This document shows, one piece after another, positions 39,116 through 53,587 of a DNA stretch of 64,000 bases. The notes under the pieces were generated by a model. The model worked only from the letters and a program-made list of their open reading frames with translations, made no database searches and was not told the DNA's origin. Position 1 is the stretch's first letter; every line of letters begins with the position of its first letter. The DNA lies in assembly GCA_000146045.2 (NCBI GenBank), contig BK006943.2, positions 352,001 through 416,000 of the forward strand, written 5' to 3'. Both the position numbers and the translations under genes were made by a program. The stretch is from TPA_inf: Saccharomyces. Taxonomy: Eukaryota.

Positions 39116-39310
39116 ACTATTTCTTGTTCCAACCGAGGAATAATACTAGACCTGTAGAAAAGTACCGCTTATCTAATATCCAACTTTTTCTTCTGTTCCC
39201 TTTAGTGAATTCAAGATGAAGGAACATAACAGAACGGAAAACAAAAAAAAAGGGAAGAAAAAAGATATCACCACCAATTGGCACGCTCGCAACGGTTTCG
39301 GGCCAGATTC

Positions 39311-39646
39311 ATGGCCCTGTGGGGTAGAAGTGCCTACAGACAAAAAACCGTTACGTCCCGCCTCACCAAGCATCGACACACAAGCCCTCTCAACCTCCTT
39401 AATTTCTTTATCTTTTTTTCCCTTCACCTCTGTGCTCTTTTTTTAGCCACAGCTGTGCATTACGCTTGCTTTGCTTGTTTTGTTCTCTTTCGCCATGCCA
39501 TATTACTACTTTTCTACTTACTGGCACGAGGCCGCGCAAGCCAGATCCAAGCACGCCAGAAAGTGCGGTGTACTGGTGCAACCTTTTATCGATTTCTCAT
39601 CATATCGCTATCGCAACGGGCATGGGCGACGAAAAAGCCAATCTAA
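39311..39646 (+). CDS. YJL028W: Uncharacterized small hydrophobic protein YJL028W (111 aa from the first ATG)
   Basis: ATG at 39311 within a track ORF that starts at a non-ATG codon; the position matches. Protein-coding status is weakly supported. Confidence 0.5.
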   Translation: MALWGRSAYRQKTVTSRLTKHRHTSPLNLLNFFIFFSLHLCALFLATAVHYACFACFVLFRHAILLLFYLLARGRASQIQARQKVRCTGATFYRFLIISLSQRAWATKKPI

Positions 39647-39832
39647 AGCGTTGTCTTCCTCGTTCCTCGCGCACGCGATTTTGCGTTCTGCATAGGAAGC
39701 CGAAGTCGAACAAGAAGCAGGCAAAGTTTAGAGCACTGCCCCTCCGCACTCAAAAAAGAAAAAACTAGGAGGAAAATAAAATTCTCAACCACACAAACAC
39801 ATAAACACATACAAATACAAATACAAGCTTAT

Positions 39833-40249
39833 TTACTTGACATCGCGCGATCTTCCACTATTCAGCGCCGTCCGCCCTCTCTCGTGTTTTTTGTTTACGC
39901 GACAACTATGCGAAATCCGGAGCAACGGGCAACCGTTTGGGGAAAGACCACACCCACGCGCGATCGCCATGGCAACGAGGTCGCACACGCCCCACACCCA
40001 GACCTCCCTGCGAGCGGGCATGGGTACAATGTCCCCGTTGCCACAGAGACCACTTCGTAGCACAGCGCAGAGCGTAGCGTGTTGTTGCTGCTGACAAAAG
40101 AAAATTTTTCTTAGCAAAGCAAAGGAGGGGAAGCACGGGCAGATAGCACCGTACCATACCCTTGGAAACTCGAAATGAACGAAGCAGGAAATGAGAGAAT
40201 GAGAGTTTTGTAGGTATATATAGCGGTAGTGTTTGCGCGTTACCATCAT
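39833..40249 (-). CDS. YJL027C: Putative protein YJL027C, 138 aa, overlapping the GC-rich RNR2 upstream regulatory region
   Basis: ATG-initiated 138-aa ORF. Coding status is doubtful because it spans the RNR2 promoter X-box region. Confidence 0.4.
   Translation of the reverse strand: MMVTRKHYRYIYLQNSHSLISCFVHFEFPRVWYGAICPCFPSFALLRKIFFCQQQQHATLCAVLRSGLCGNGDIVPMPARREVWVWGVCDLVAMAIARGCGLSPNGCPLLRISHSCRVNKKHERGRTALNSGRSRDVK
39964..39977 (+). promoter_or_regulatory. X-box / damage-responsive element (TCGCCATGGCAACG) for Crt1/Rfx1 in the RNR2 promoter. Additional GCAAC/GTTGC half-sites lie at about 39919-39943 and about 40033-40046.
   Basis: Near-palindromic match to the RFX X-box consensus GTTGCCATGGCAAC, about 430 bp upstream of the RNR2 ATG. 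Confidence 0.65.
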
Positions 40250-40403
40250 CTTCTGGATCTATCTATTGTTCTTTTCCTCATCACTTTCCCCTTTTTCGCT
40301 CTTCTTCTTGTCTTTTATTTCTTTCTTTTTTTTAATTGTTCCCTCGATTGGCTATCTACCAAAGAATCCAAACTTAATACACGTATTTATTTGTCCAATT
40401 ACC

Positions 40404-41603
40404 ATGCCTAAAGAGACCCCTTCCAAAGCTGCTGCCGATGCATTGTCCGACTTGGAAATCAAAGATTCCAAGTCCAACCTTAACAAGGAATTGGAGACAT
40501 TGAGAGAGGAAAACAGAGTAAAGTCAGACATGCTTAAGGAGAAATTGAGCAAGGACGCTGAAAATCACAAGGCTTACTTGAAATCTCATCAAGTTCACCG
40601 TCACAAACTTAAGGAAATGGAAAAGGAGGAACCTTTGTTGAATGAAGACAAGGAGAGAACTGTTCTTTTCCCTATCAAGTACCATGAAATCTGGCAAGCC
40701 TACAAGCGTGCCGAAGCTTCTTTCTGGACCGCTGAAGAAATTGATTTGTCTAAGGATATCCATGACTGGAACAACAGAATGAACGAAAACGAGAGATTTT
40801 TCATTTCCAGAGTTCTTGCCTTTTTCGCCGCTTCTGACGGTATTGTTAATGAAAACTTGGTTGAAAACTTCTCCACCGAAGTCCAAATTCCAGAGGCAAA
40901 GAGTTTCTACGGTTTCCAAATCATGATTGAAAATATTCACTCTGAAACTTACTCCTTGTTGATCGATACTTACATCAAGGACCCTAAAGAAAGTGAATTC
41001 TTGTTCAATGCCATTCACACCATCCCAGAAATCGGTGAGAAGGCCGAATGGGCTTTAAGATGGATTCAAGACGCTGACGCCTTGTTTGGTGAAAGACTAG
41101 TTGCCTTTGCCTCCATTGAAGGTGTCTTTTTCTCCGGTTCCTTTGCCTCCATTTTCTGGTTGAAAAAGAGAGGTATGATGCCCGGTTTAACCTTTTCCAA
41201 CGAATTGATCTGTAGAGACGAAGGTTTGCACACCGACTTTGCATGCTTGTTGTTCGCCCATTTGAAGAACAAACCAGACCCAGCCATTGTTGAAAAAATT
41301 GTCACCGAGGCTGTGGAAATTGAACAAAGATACTTCTTGGACGCCTTACCAGTTGCTTTGCTAGGTATGAACGCTGACTTAATGAACCAATACGTTGAGT
41401 TCGTCGCCGACAGACTGTTGGTTGCTTTCGGTAACAAGAAATACTACAAGGTCGAAAACCCCTTCGATTTCATGGAAAACATCTCCTTGGCCGGTAAGAC
41501 CAACTTCTTCGAAAAGAGAGTTTCTGACTACCAAAAGGCTGGTGTTATGTCCAAGTCGACTAAGCAAGAAGCCGGTGCTTTCACCTTCAACGAAGACTTT
41601 TAA
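40404..41603 (+). CDS. RNR2: Ribonucleotide reductase small subunit RNR2, 399 aa. The track ORF begins upstream at a non-ATG codon; the real start MPKETPSK is at 40404.
   Basis: R2 di-iron/tyrosyl-radical motifs ([45 protein letters not shown]). Confidence 0.95.
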   Translation: MPKETPSKAAADALSDLEIKDSKSNLNKELETLREENRVKSDMLKEKLSKDAENHKAYLKSHQVHRHKLKEMEKEEPLLNEDKERTVLFPIKYHEIWQAYKRAEASFWTAEEIDLSKDIHDWNNRMNENERFFISRVLAFFAASDGIVNENLVENFSTEVQIPEAKSFYGFQIMIENIHSETYSLLIDTYIKDPKESEFLFNAIHTIPEIGEKAEWALRWIQDADALFGERLVAFASIEGVFFSGSFASIFWLKKRGMMPGLTFSNELICRDEGLHTDFACLLFAHLKNKPDPAIVEKIVTEAVEIEQRYFLDALPVALLGMNADLMNQYVEFVADRLLVAFGNKKYYKVENPFDFMENISLAGKTNFFEKRVSDYQKAGVMSKSTKQEAGAFTFNEDF

Positions 41604-41966
41604 GAGTATCTCTCTATATATTTCTTTTTACGCAGTCTCTTCAATCTCTTTATGTGGGCTTTCGCACCTCTTATTTATATATATATATATACACTGAATC
41701 ATATAAACTTTTTTTTATATTGAATCTAATATATTATCAAACGGAAACTTCGGCTGAATTTCATACGTATATTGATTAAAGTGGAAAGGGCATCGGAAAA
41801 GTAAGAAAAGCTTAAAAAAATTGAAAAAAAAAAAAAAAAAAATAAAAAATAAAAAATAAAAAAACCTATACAATACATACATATGTATATGAATATAAAC
41901 CTGGAACGATGTGTCTTTAAAAATAGTTGAACGAACTACTCGGACATACCCCTACATCACTTAAGG

Positions 41967-43511
41967 ATGTCTACTTTCATAAGAGGTCCCATCTGCGGTA
42001 CAGACAACTGCCCCTCACGGCTTTGGCGTATCATTGATGGGAGAAGAACCTGCCAATATGGTCACGTTATGGAAGGTGACGTGGAATTTAACGACGATGA
42101 AGATGATCTCAACGGCCTCGGTGCAGGTGTTATCACAAGACGTCTGAATCTTACCACCAATGCCACTGGTAGTTTTCAATCTAGTCAACTTACCAACTCG
42201 CAACTGCTGCAACAACAGCAAAGGCAATCTCATAAAAAATTTAAAAAACTTATCGGTCATGAGGCCAAATTACTATTTCTCAAATCCTTCCAGTTCATCT
42301 TGAAAAGGCAAATCCGCTGGCTCATAACTGAAATGCGGTTTCCGAAAGAGTTCGAACATGTCGCCAAGATAATTTGGCTCAAGATATTAAAGACGATTAA
42401 CGACCAACCGCAAGAAGAACTAAAACTTCAATTACATATGACTTCGACAATTTCGATCCTCTACCTTGCATCCACTCATTTGTCCCTACCAGTTTATACC
42501 TGTGACTACATCAAATGGATATGCACCGCCAAAATGCCGTATTTCCAGGCAAGTGAAATACTACCGAAATCGTGGAGGATCCAGCTGCCAAATTATTATG
42601 TTTCCATACTAGAGGGCTCAATTTCACCTTTTAATGGGCAACTGTACAACAAAATCGCATTGACGTGTGGTATGATCCACTTCAAAGAATTCTTCAACTC
42701 TGAAATTTCGTGTCAGGGCTTATTACTGAAACTAGTGATGCAATGCGCTCTTCCTCCAGAATTTTATTTTTATACCAAACAAGTTATCGAATTTGAAGAA
42801 ACAGACATTCGGAACCTGACACTGTGGGAAAGAACGGACGAACGTCACACAGGGCGAGTAAGTAATCATGCCGAACTCAGGGTCCTCTCTTATTTTATGC
42901 TCACAATAAATTGGATGCTTTCTTTTGATAGAGACCGACAATACCCACTAAAATGGATCCTTTCCCTCACGGAATCATTGACTCAGCGCACAACCACAAG
43001 TGAATCTATCGGCAGAAATATCGTTAAAGTGGTTTACCCAGACAAACCGACTTCTAGTGATTATTTCCAGTGGTCTGAGGAGGAGACCCTAGAGTTTTTG
43101 AAGTGGATGGAAAAGCAATTTTTGCCCACACAAACAAAATCTTTGCATAATGAGAATGGTTCGATGGAGATGACAATTGATCAAAAAATTGCTAGAAGGA
43201 AACTGTACAAGATTTTCCCCTTGGATCGAGAGGCCAATCATGATGGCGAATTTAATGACTCAACGCATCAGTTAACTTTTATTGAAGATCTGCAAGAAAG
43301 ATACGCTAAACAAACCCCCTTTTTTGAAAGCAACAAAATACGTGATTCTCTCAATTATCAAGAGGCTAATCCACCGGCCAGAAAGGAGGCTATCGGTAGA
43401 CTTCTAACCCATATAGCATCACAGCTTTTAGTGGATTTTGCCATTTCTAAAGAGCAACTGAAAGACTGCATTTCAAGGATCAAAAATGCCTGTCTGCATA
43501 GGATGAATTGA
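41967..43511 (+). CDS. RRN7: RNA polymerase I core factor subunit RRN7 (TFIIB-like, N-terminal zinc ribbon), 514 aa
   Basis: 514-aa ORF, N-terminal CxxC...C motif; position between RNR2 and APS3. Confidence 0.85.
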   Translation: MSTFIRGPICGTDNCPSRLWRIIDGRRTCQYGHVMEGDVEFNDDEDDLNGLGAGVITRRLNLTTNATGSFQSSQLTNSQLLQQQQRQSHKKFKKLIGHEAKLLFLKSFQFILKRQIRWLITEMRFPKEFEHVAKIIWLKILKTINDQPQEELKLQLHMTSTISILYLASTHLSLPVYTCDYIKWICTAKMPYFQASEILPKSWRIQLPNYYVSILEGSISPFNGQLYNKIALTCGMIHFKEFFNSEISCQGLLLKLVMQCALPPEFYFYTKQVIEFEETDIRNLTLWERTDERHTGRVSNHAELRVLSYFMLTINWMLSFDRDRQYPLKWILSLTESLTQRTTTSESIGRNIVKVVYPDKPTSSDYFQWSEEETLEFLKWMEKQFLPTQTKSLHNENGSMEMTIDQKIARRKLYKIFPLDREANHDGEFNDSTHQLTFIEDLQERYAKQTPFFESNKIRDSLNYQEANPPARKEAIGRLLTHIASQLLVDFAISKEQLKDCISRIKNACLHRMN

Positions 43512-43930
43512 CTCCTTTTAAATTATTCTCGCTGGATTGCTATTTCTATGCATACTCCTTGAATTACATATACCAATCTGCATATATTATAGGTACATAT
43601 TAATATAGAAATGTATCCTATTTTACATTGTTTCTATAACTTTTACATTATCAGAACTTATTTTTTTCCTGTCAAAAAGAAAGAAAACTCATTCTCTAGA
43701 CACAGCGAGATCTTACTTTTCCTAACGGTGTGACCATATTGTACGTACAATATTATCTATGTTTTATGACCAGATCTAGTTTTAAACAGAATTTTAAAGG
43801 GAGGGTGCCTAATTTTGTATTATATATTAAAAAAGCTGGGAAATGCCCGGCTCAGCTAATTTTCTTCAAGCCGGTTTTACGTGCAGATCTTGACGAACGA
43901 AAATAACCATCATCCGATTAATTTGTTTGT

Positions 43931-44592
43931 TTATTGCCCCGTTGCCCATTGTGCAAATCCGCCTTGAGCAAACGCTTGTAGTGCGCTTCCAAATCCAGTG
44001 GACGTTAGTCTTCCAATTTTACTATCTGTGGACTCGGCAGCTTTGTTGAGTTCGTCAACAGAAGCAACTATTCTGTTCACATTTGTTTCAATGACCATGC
44101 CCCCCTGCACGATTTCTTCTAATACACTTTCCAAAGTTTGCCAGTTAAAAATCAAATCAAGTTCATTGACTTCAGTAAAACAACGGTCCAATGATTCCAC
44201 AAAAGTTTGGATCAGATCTAATATGGCCAGTTCTGATTCTTGATCATCCACGATGAAAGTGAAATATAGTGTAGCGTAGTTTTTATAGATGATTTGAATA
44301 TCTTCATTGTTTACCTCATCATTATTATTTTCATTGCTTAACAGAAGCGATGGTGGCGTGACTAAAAAAGAACTTTGAAAATCGCTATTCCTTTGAGAAA
44401 TCAATTCATATACTTGCTCTAATAGCAGTTTTTGCTTTGGAAGGTCGACCGGCGTGTAGAATTTCACTAATCTTGGTTGGCATTTCTTATTGACTATACC
44501 AAAAATGATGAATTATGTTAGTAATGTATAATTTTGGCAGAAGAAAAGACCCTTGAGAAATCTTACATACATATTAGAACTGCATGAATCAT
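43931..44592 (-). CDS. APS3: AP-3 sigma subunit APS3, 194 aa, two exons. Exon 1 is 44571..44592 (ATGATTCATGCAGTTCTAATAT), the intron is 44494..44570 (77 nt, GTATGT...TACTAAC...TAG), and exon 2 is 43931..44493.
   Basis: The spliced product starts MIHAVLIFNKKCQPRLVKFYTPVD..., a typical sigma-adaptin N-terminus. 22 + 563 nt = 195 codons. Confidence 0.9.
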
Positions 44593-44725
44593 TGTGTAAC
44601 GTTATATGTGTTCTGGCCTCTGTAACCCAGATCTGGTATAGTTACAACAGAAATGATATTGTTCCAGTGGACTATTTAAAAAAAATATACTCCTACAACG
44701 TAAGAGAAGAAATATAAAAAAGAAA

Positions 44726-44796
44726 TGCGCAAGCCCGGAATCGAACCGGGGGCCCAACGATGGCAACGTTGGATTTTACCACTAAACCACTTGCGC
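44726..44796 (-). tRNA. tG(GCC): tRNA-Gly (GCC)
   Basis: Reverse complement reads GCGCAAGTGGTTTAGTGGTAAAATCCAACGTTGCCATCGTTGGGCCCCCGGTTCGATTCCGGGCTTGCGCA. Confidence 0.95.
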
Positions 44797-45354
44797 TTAC
44801 TTTTGATATGAATCTTTCATTCATACTCAATATTAATAAGCAAGATATTTTTTGAAATGAAGAACCTTAATCGAGCCATCGTATTCAAAAAGAAAGAAAA
44901 AAGACTGAATGAGAACTATTTTTTTATTGCCTTATAGAGAATTACTTGAGACTTTTTTTTTTTGCCTAAAATATATGACTTTATTTTCGCTTGGCCTTTC
45001 TTACCTCGTTTTGTGATTACTCATTACTTACATCAGCGTAAGCTTTCCATATCTATAACATTTATGAAAGTGGAACTCCTCATACTCAAAAGTTATTGCT
45101 ATCCATTTATATTGTGATCTTACCATTAAGATATATAGCAGATCATAATGGCTTGATTCTAATACTCCTCGAGTATGACCATGCAACGGTTCAAAATCCC
45201 GGGTTGTAAATATTTCTTTTATCACGAAACATGAGTGACAACCACTTAGACTCGAAAGTGACGTTCTTGTATTTGCACATTCGATGATAAATATTTAAAA
45301 CGTATATGTAGATACATAGTGGACAGCAAGAGAGATGCATGGTTGGCCCATTTC

Positions 45355-46398
45355 TCAGCCTTCTGTTTGTTCTCTTCTTAATTCAAATGGAAACTTGTTG
45401 ATCTCGAGTATCTTGTTAATTGTTTGAACGTTTATACTGTCATTGAACGATTCTACCCAATTTTTGCCTTTCGTGCCTTTTTTTGGGGTCAAGAACCCAT
45501 CCCAATCCAAATTGGCAACCTTTTGAACGCTTCTATTGACCTCGTCATTAAATTCTCCTAACATATCTTTATCAGGAAATATGCTAACAATGTATAAATA
45601 ATAGCCGTCCTTTGCGGTTCCCACAGTACTTCTACCAAGGTTATCTAAAAAACTTTTCTTTGGCTTGCCCTTCATGCTAGCAGGATTAATATTTGGAGAT
45701 CTGTTAAGATTAACGTACTCTCGAATGGCCTTATCACCATTTAGTTTACACCACTCCTTGATAAACGTTGTTTTCACCTTTAATTTTAAATCTCGTCTCA
45801 AGTACGCAAATTCAGAGGGAATACTGTTTCTATGTCTATTTGTAAGCCGTGTCATCGCTGTTTGAATTTTGCTTAGTTCGACTTCATTAGCTTTTGATAT
45901 CCTAGTTTCATTGAAATATTCTTTGTCCTTGTTGAAAACCTTCCCATTTAAATAAAACTTCTTATTGGATTTTACCGTTATTGCTGGTTTACTTTTTCTA
46001 AAACAAGACATAAAATGGTCTTCAGGGAAGTAATGAAGTTGAAAGAATCTACTAGTGTATACCAATGAGTTAGGGGAAAATTTTTTTCCAATCGTCACAT
46101 AGGCTTGGATGGGTGAAATTACACCTCGAAGTTTACCAGCAACAAATTTCACTGGATCCCAGTTTCTTTCTTCTTCTTTTTGTAAATCAGTTAGCGTACT
46201 TAATATAGTATTTTCAGCATTTAAGCACACAGCTGAATTTCCTGAATCGCTTTTTCGAAGGTCACCAAGAGAAAGAGGCTCGGTATTCTTCGTCACTATA
46301 AATTTTGAAAAGGGATCACTACTATGTATAGTGGTTGATGGTCGAATTACCAGTTTGCCTTTAGGTTTTTGCGATAAGAGTGTGGAGAATATCTTCAT
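45355..46398 (-). CDS. PET130: Mitochondrial translation-related protein PET130, 347 aa
   Basis: 347-aa ORF MKIFSTLLSQKPKGK... at the expected position. Confidence 0.85.
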   Translation of the reverse strand: MKIFSTLLSQKPKGKLVIRPSTTIHSSDPFSKFIVTKNTEPLSLGDLRKSDSGNSAVCLNAENTILSTLTDLQKEEERNWDPVKFVAGKLRGVISPIQAYVTIGKKFSPNSLVYTSRFFQLHYFPEDHFMSCFRKSKPAITVKSNKKFYLNGKVFNKDKEYFNETRISKANEVELSKIQTAMTRLTNRHRNSIPSEFAYLRRDLKLKVKTTFIKEWCKLNGDKAIREYVNLNRSPNINPASMKGKPKKSFLDNLGRSTVGTAKDGYYLYIVSIFPDKDMLGEFNDEVNRSVQKVANLDWDGFLTPKKGTKGKNWVESFNDSINVQTINKILEINKFPFELRREQTEG

Positions 46399-46936
46399 GA
46401 TTTGGTTTTTCTATTAACCTTCTTAATCTTTTCTTTCTTCATCTGCCATCGCCTTTCTATGTTTTCCGTATTTCTTCCCCGCAAGTTCTTTAAACTCAGA
46501 TAGTATTAGAATCGATAATTAAGGCCAGGTCAAAGTTCGTATTAATTTCAACCTTTGGGCACCTATATTGGATTAATTTCCGTAAGATAATATATGAGAG
46601 CACTATCATGGAGTGATGAAGAAAAATTCAAACTCTAGGGGCAAACCGTTTGTTACGATTGCTCAAAAATTACTGCGTCTGAAGCCAGAATTGTAGGTAT
46701 ATACGAAAAGGTACAACTTGGGATACTATTGACGGCGGTAAGATAAGTGAATCCTACCTTTCGTTTTGAGCCGCTCAAATAAGACCTGATACAAAAACGG
46801 TTGTTTAATCTTTGTATAGTTTCTTCTGTAGAAGAGTTATGAAAATATACACTTAAACTATAACGATAAGAAAATGCGAAAGGAAAATGATGAAATCGAA
46901 AGCATTCACAATTTCCCCTTGGAAGCATTGGGTAAA

Positions 46937-50473
<3,537 letters not shown>

Positions 50474-50896
50474 TTACTACCGACTTGACGCTACTGTTTC
50501 ACAGTGTGCTAGTAAATACCACTTCTAGTTGAAGTCTTAAGGAGATTATAATTCTGGAGGTAAAATAGGGGCATTGTAGACCTCTAACTATTTTCAGGGT
50601 ATATTCCTATATTATATAGGTTTATTCTTAAAATATGAGGTTTATAAATGATACACATCACTTATTGATAGGGTTATACTCTTTGATACGGGTAACATAT
50701 GAGACGCGAAAATGGAATATAATGACAATGTAAATATCGTCATCTTGAGATAATTATCAACAAGGTTGTCATGAGGAGTTACAGATAAAAGTCAACAGAG
50801 TGGAGTTAGTGGTGTTTTAACTGTAGTGCTCCATAGTTTCACGGCGGTTTCTCTTGTTTTCAGTTGGTAGTAACTTTTATCCTGGAAGTGCTGGAA

Positions 50897-52945
50897 ATGA
50901 ATAACTCAAATGAGCATAGGCGGGAAGAGGCAGGAGCGGCTAATGAACAAATGCCTTACAATAAGGCTGTAAAGTCCGCGTATGCAGATGTCCTCAAGGA
51001 CAAAATGAATAGGGAACAGGAGATTAGCCTACGAGCCATCAAAAAAGGGATATACACCGATGGCGGTGAAACTGACAACTATGATATGGATAAAGAGAAT
51101 GATTCCGCGTACGAAATGTTCAAAAAAAATCTTGATTTTCCGTTAGACCAACATAATGATGACGACGATGATGATCCGTACATTGAGGATAATGGACAAG
51201 AGACCGACGGATATAGCGACGAGGACTATACAGATGAGGCAGACAAGAGTTTTATAGAAGACAGCGATTCCGACAGCTACGATTTGGAAAGTAATTCTGA
51301 CTTTGAAGAGAACTTGGAAAGTTCAGGTGAAGCTAAGAAGTTGAAGTGGCGGACGTACATTTTCTATGGAGGCCTTTTCTTCGTTTTTTATTTTTTTGGA
51401 TCTTTTTTGATGACAACCGTGAAAAATAATGATTTAGAAAGCCATTCATCCGGCGCTACATCCTCTCCAGGCAAATCATTCAGCAACCTACAAAAACAGG
51501 TGAATCATTTATATAGTGAGTTGAGTAAGCGGGACGAAAAGCACAGTTCAGAATTGGATAAAACAGTAAAAATCATTGTCTCTCAATTTGAAAAGAATAT
51601 TAAAAGACTTTTACCCTCAAATTTGGTTAATTTTGAAAATGACATTAACTCGCTGACAAAACAGGTTGAGACAATTTCAACTTCCATGAGTGAGTTACAG
51701 AGGCGAAATCACAAATTTACGGTCGAGAATGTTACTCAATGGCAAGATCAACTGGTAAAACAGTTGGATACACACCTCCCTCAAGAAATACCCGTTGTAA
51801 TTAATAATTCTTCGTCGCTTTTAATAATCCCTGAATTGCACAATTATTTGAGTGCTTTGATTTCAGACGTTATTGAGTCTCCAGGCATTGGTACTGCTGG
51901 AAGCGCTGAAAGTCGTTGGGAGTATGATTTGAATCGCTATGTAAAGGAAATTCTTTCGAATGAGTTGCAATATATCGATAAGGATTATTTCATCCAAGAA
52001 ATGAACAGAAGGTTGCAATCTAACAAACAGGAGATTTGGGAAGAGATCACAAATAGGTTAGAGACACAGCAGCAGCAGCAGCAGCAGCAGGTTCAACAGG
52101 ATTATTCTAACGTGCCACAGCAGTATTCGAGCATATTAATGAAAAGATTAATTCACCAAATTTACAATTCCAATCAACACCAATGGGAGGACGATTTAGA
52201 TTTTGCTACTTATGTTCAAGGTACTAAACTATTGAACCATTTAACTTCACCAACCTGGAGACAGGGCAGTGGGGTACAGCCGATAGAATTACTGACCGAC
52301 TCCAAACAAAGCTCCTCAACTTACTGGCAATGTGAGAACGAACCTGGGTGTTCATGGGCCATAAGGTTTAAAACTCCTTTGTATCTAACCAAAATTTCGT
52401 ACATGCATGGCCGTTTTACTAATAACCTACATATAATGAACTCAGCACCAAGACTGATCTCATTATATGTAAAACTGTCACAGACTAAAGAGATCAAAGC
52501 ATTGCAGACATTGGCAAATCAATACGGTTTCGGGCAGCATCACAAGAGAGACCGAAATTACATCAAGATCGCAAAATTTGAGTACAGGTTGACAGATTCT
52601 AGAATACGCCAACAAATGTATCTGCCCCCATGGTTCATTCAGTTAAAACCACTCGTACGCTCAATTGTCTTTCAAGTGGACGAGAACTACGGGAACAAAA
52701 AGTTCATATCTCTGAGGAAATTTATCATCAACGGAGTGACACCGCAGGATTTGCAAATAATTGAAAATAACGAGTTCCCTGTTTTACTGGGTGACACCCC
52801 AGAATATGGTGTCACTCAGAACACCGACGAAGGCAAGAGGAAAGTTCTCCTATCAAAGCCTCCTTACGCGTCTTCATCTACTAGTACCAAGTTTCATCCC
52901 GCTTCTAACGTCCCATCATTTGGCCAAGATGAGCTAGATCAATAA
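50897..52945 (+). CDS. MPS3: SUN-domain spindle pole body / nuclear envelope protein MPS3, 682 aa from the ATG at 50897 ([10 protein letters not shown]...). The track ORF begins 33 nt upstream at a non-ATG codon.
   Basis: Single TM segment ([22 protein letters not shown]), polyQ stretch, C-terminal SUN-like domain. Confidence 0.9.
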
Positions 52946-53587
52946 ACGACAATAAAAAATTAAACGTTCTAACCCCCTGGCCCCCAGAAAATCGCGCAGA
53001 TTGACGGCACTCCCTTTAAATCATAGAGTTAATCAGCTACTCACCACTCTCTTTCGGTACTGGCGTTATTCTGAATTCCAACCTTGAACACAGCCACACG
53101 GCATTCAGATGTTGCTCCCATGCGTGGACTCACGCTCTGCGATTAACAGCTCATGGAAATTTCCTCGTGCTATTTAAGACTGCAGTCGTTTGGAAATCGG
53201 AATATCTTTTTTCGTGCAGTTTTGCGGGAAATTTTCCCTACTTAAAAAGCTGAATGAAAATCAGAAATATCTGCAAAAAAAAAAGGTAAAAAAGGGAAAT
53301 TTTAAGACATAGCATAAAGGACTTGGTTTTGTTTCAATACTCAGCCCTTTTCATTCATTTCTATCACAAGTTTTTTTTTGCTCTCGTTTCCATTTTCTTC
53401 GTTTACTTATTATTGACGTACATCTTTTTTAGTTTCAAATAACATAGCAAGAAGGCTTAACTAAGTTCCTATATTCTTGGCATATTTATCATCATCAGGT
53501 CTTTTAAAAGTATCTCAGAACGTAACTTCAACGCCTTTAGATTTTTTTCACAACACGACTCTATTGCAAGAGACAAAAAAAATTAAA

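Noticed and set aside
39216-39768. Cluster of overlapping 74-122-aa ORFs on the plus strand around YJL028W
   Set aside because: GC-rich regulatory DNA gives spurious open frames; only the ATG-initiated 111-aa frame corresponds to an annotated ORF, and even that is weak.
46109-46417. 102-aa plus-strand ORF antisense within PET130 (YJL022W-like)
   Set aside because: Antisense overlap with a verified gene, no motif; dubious.
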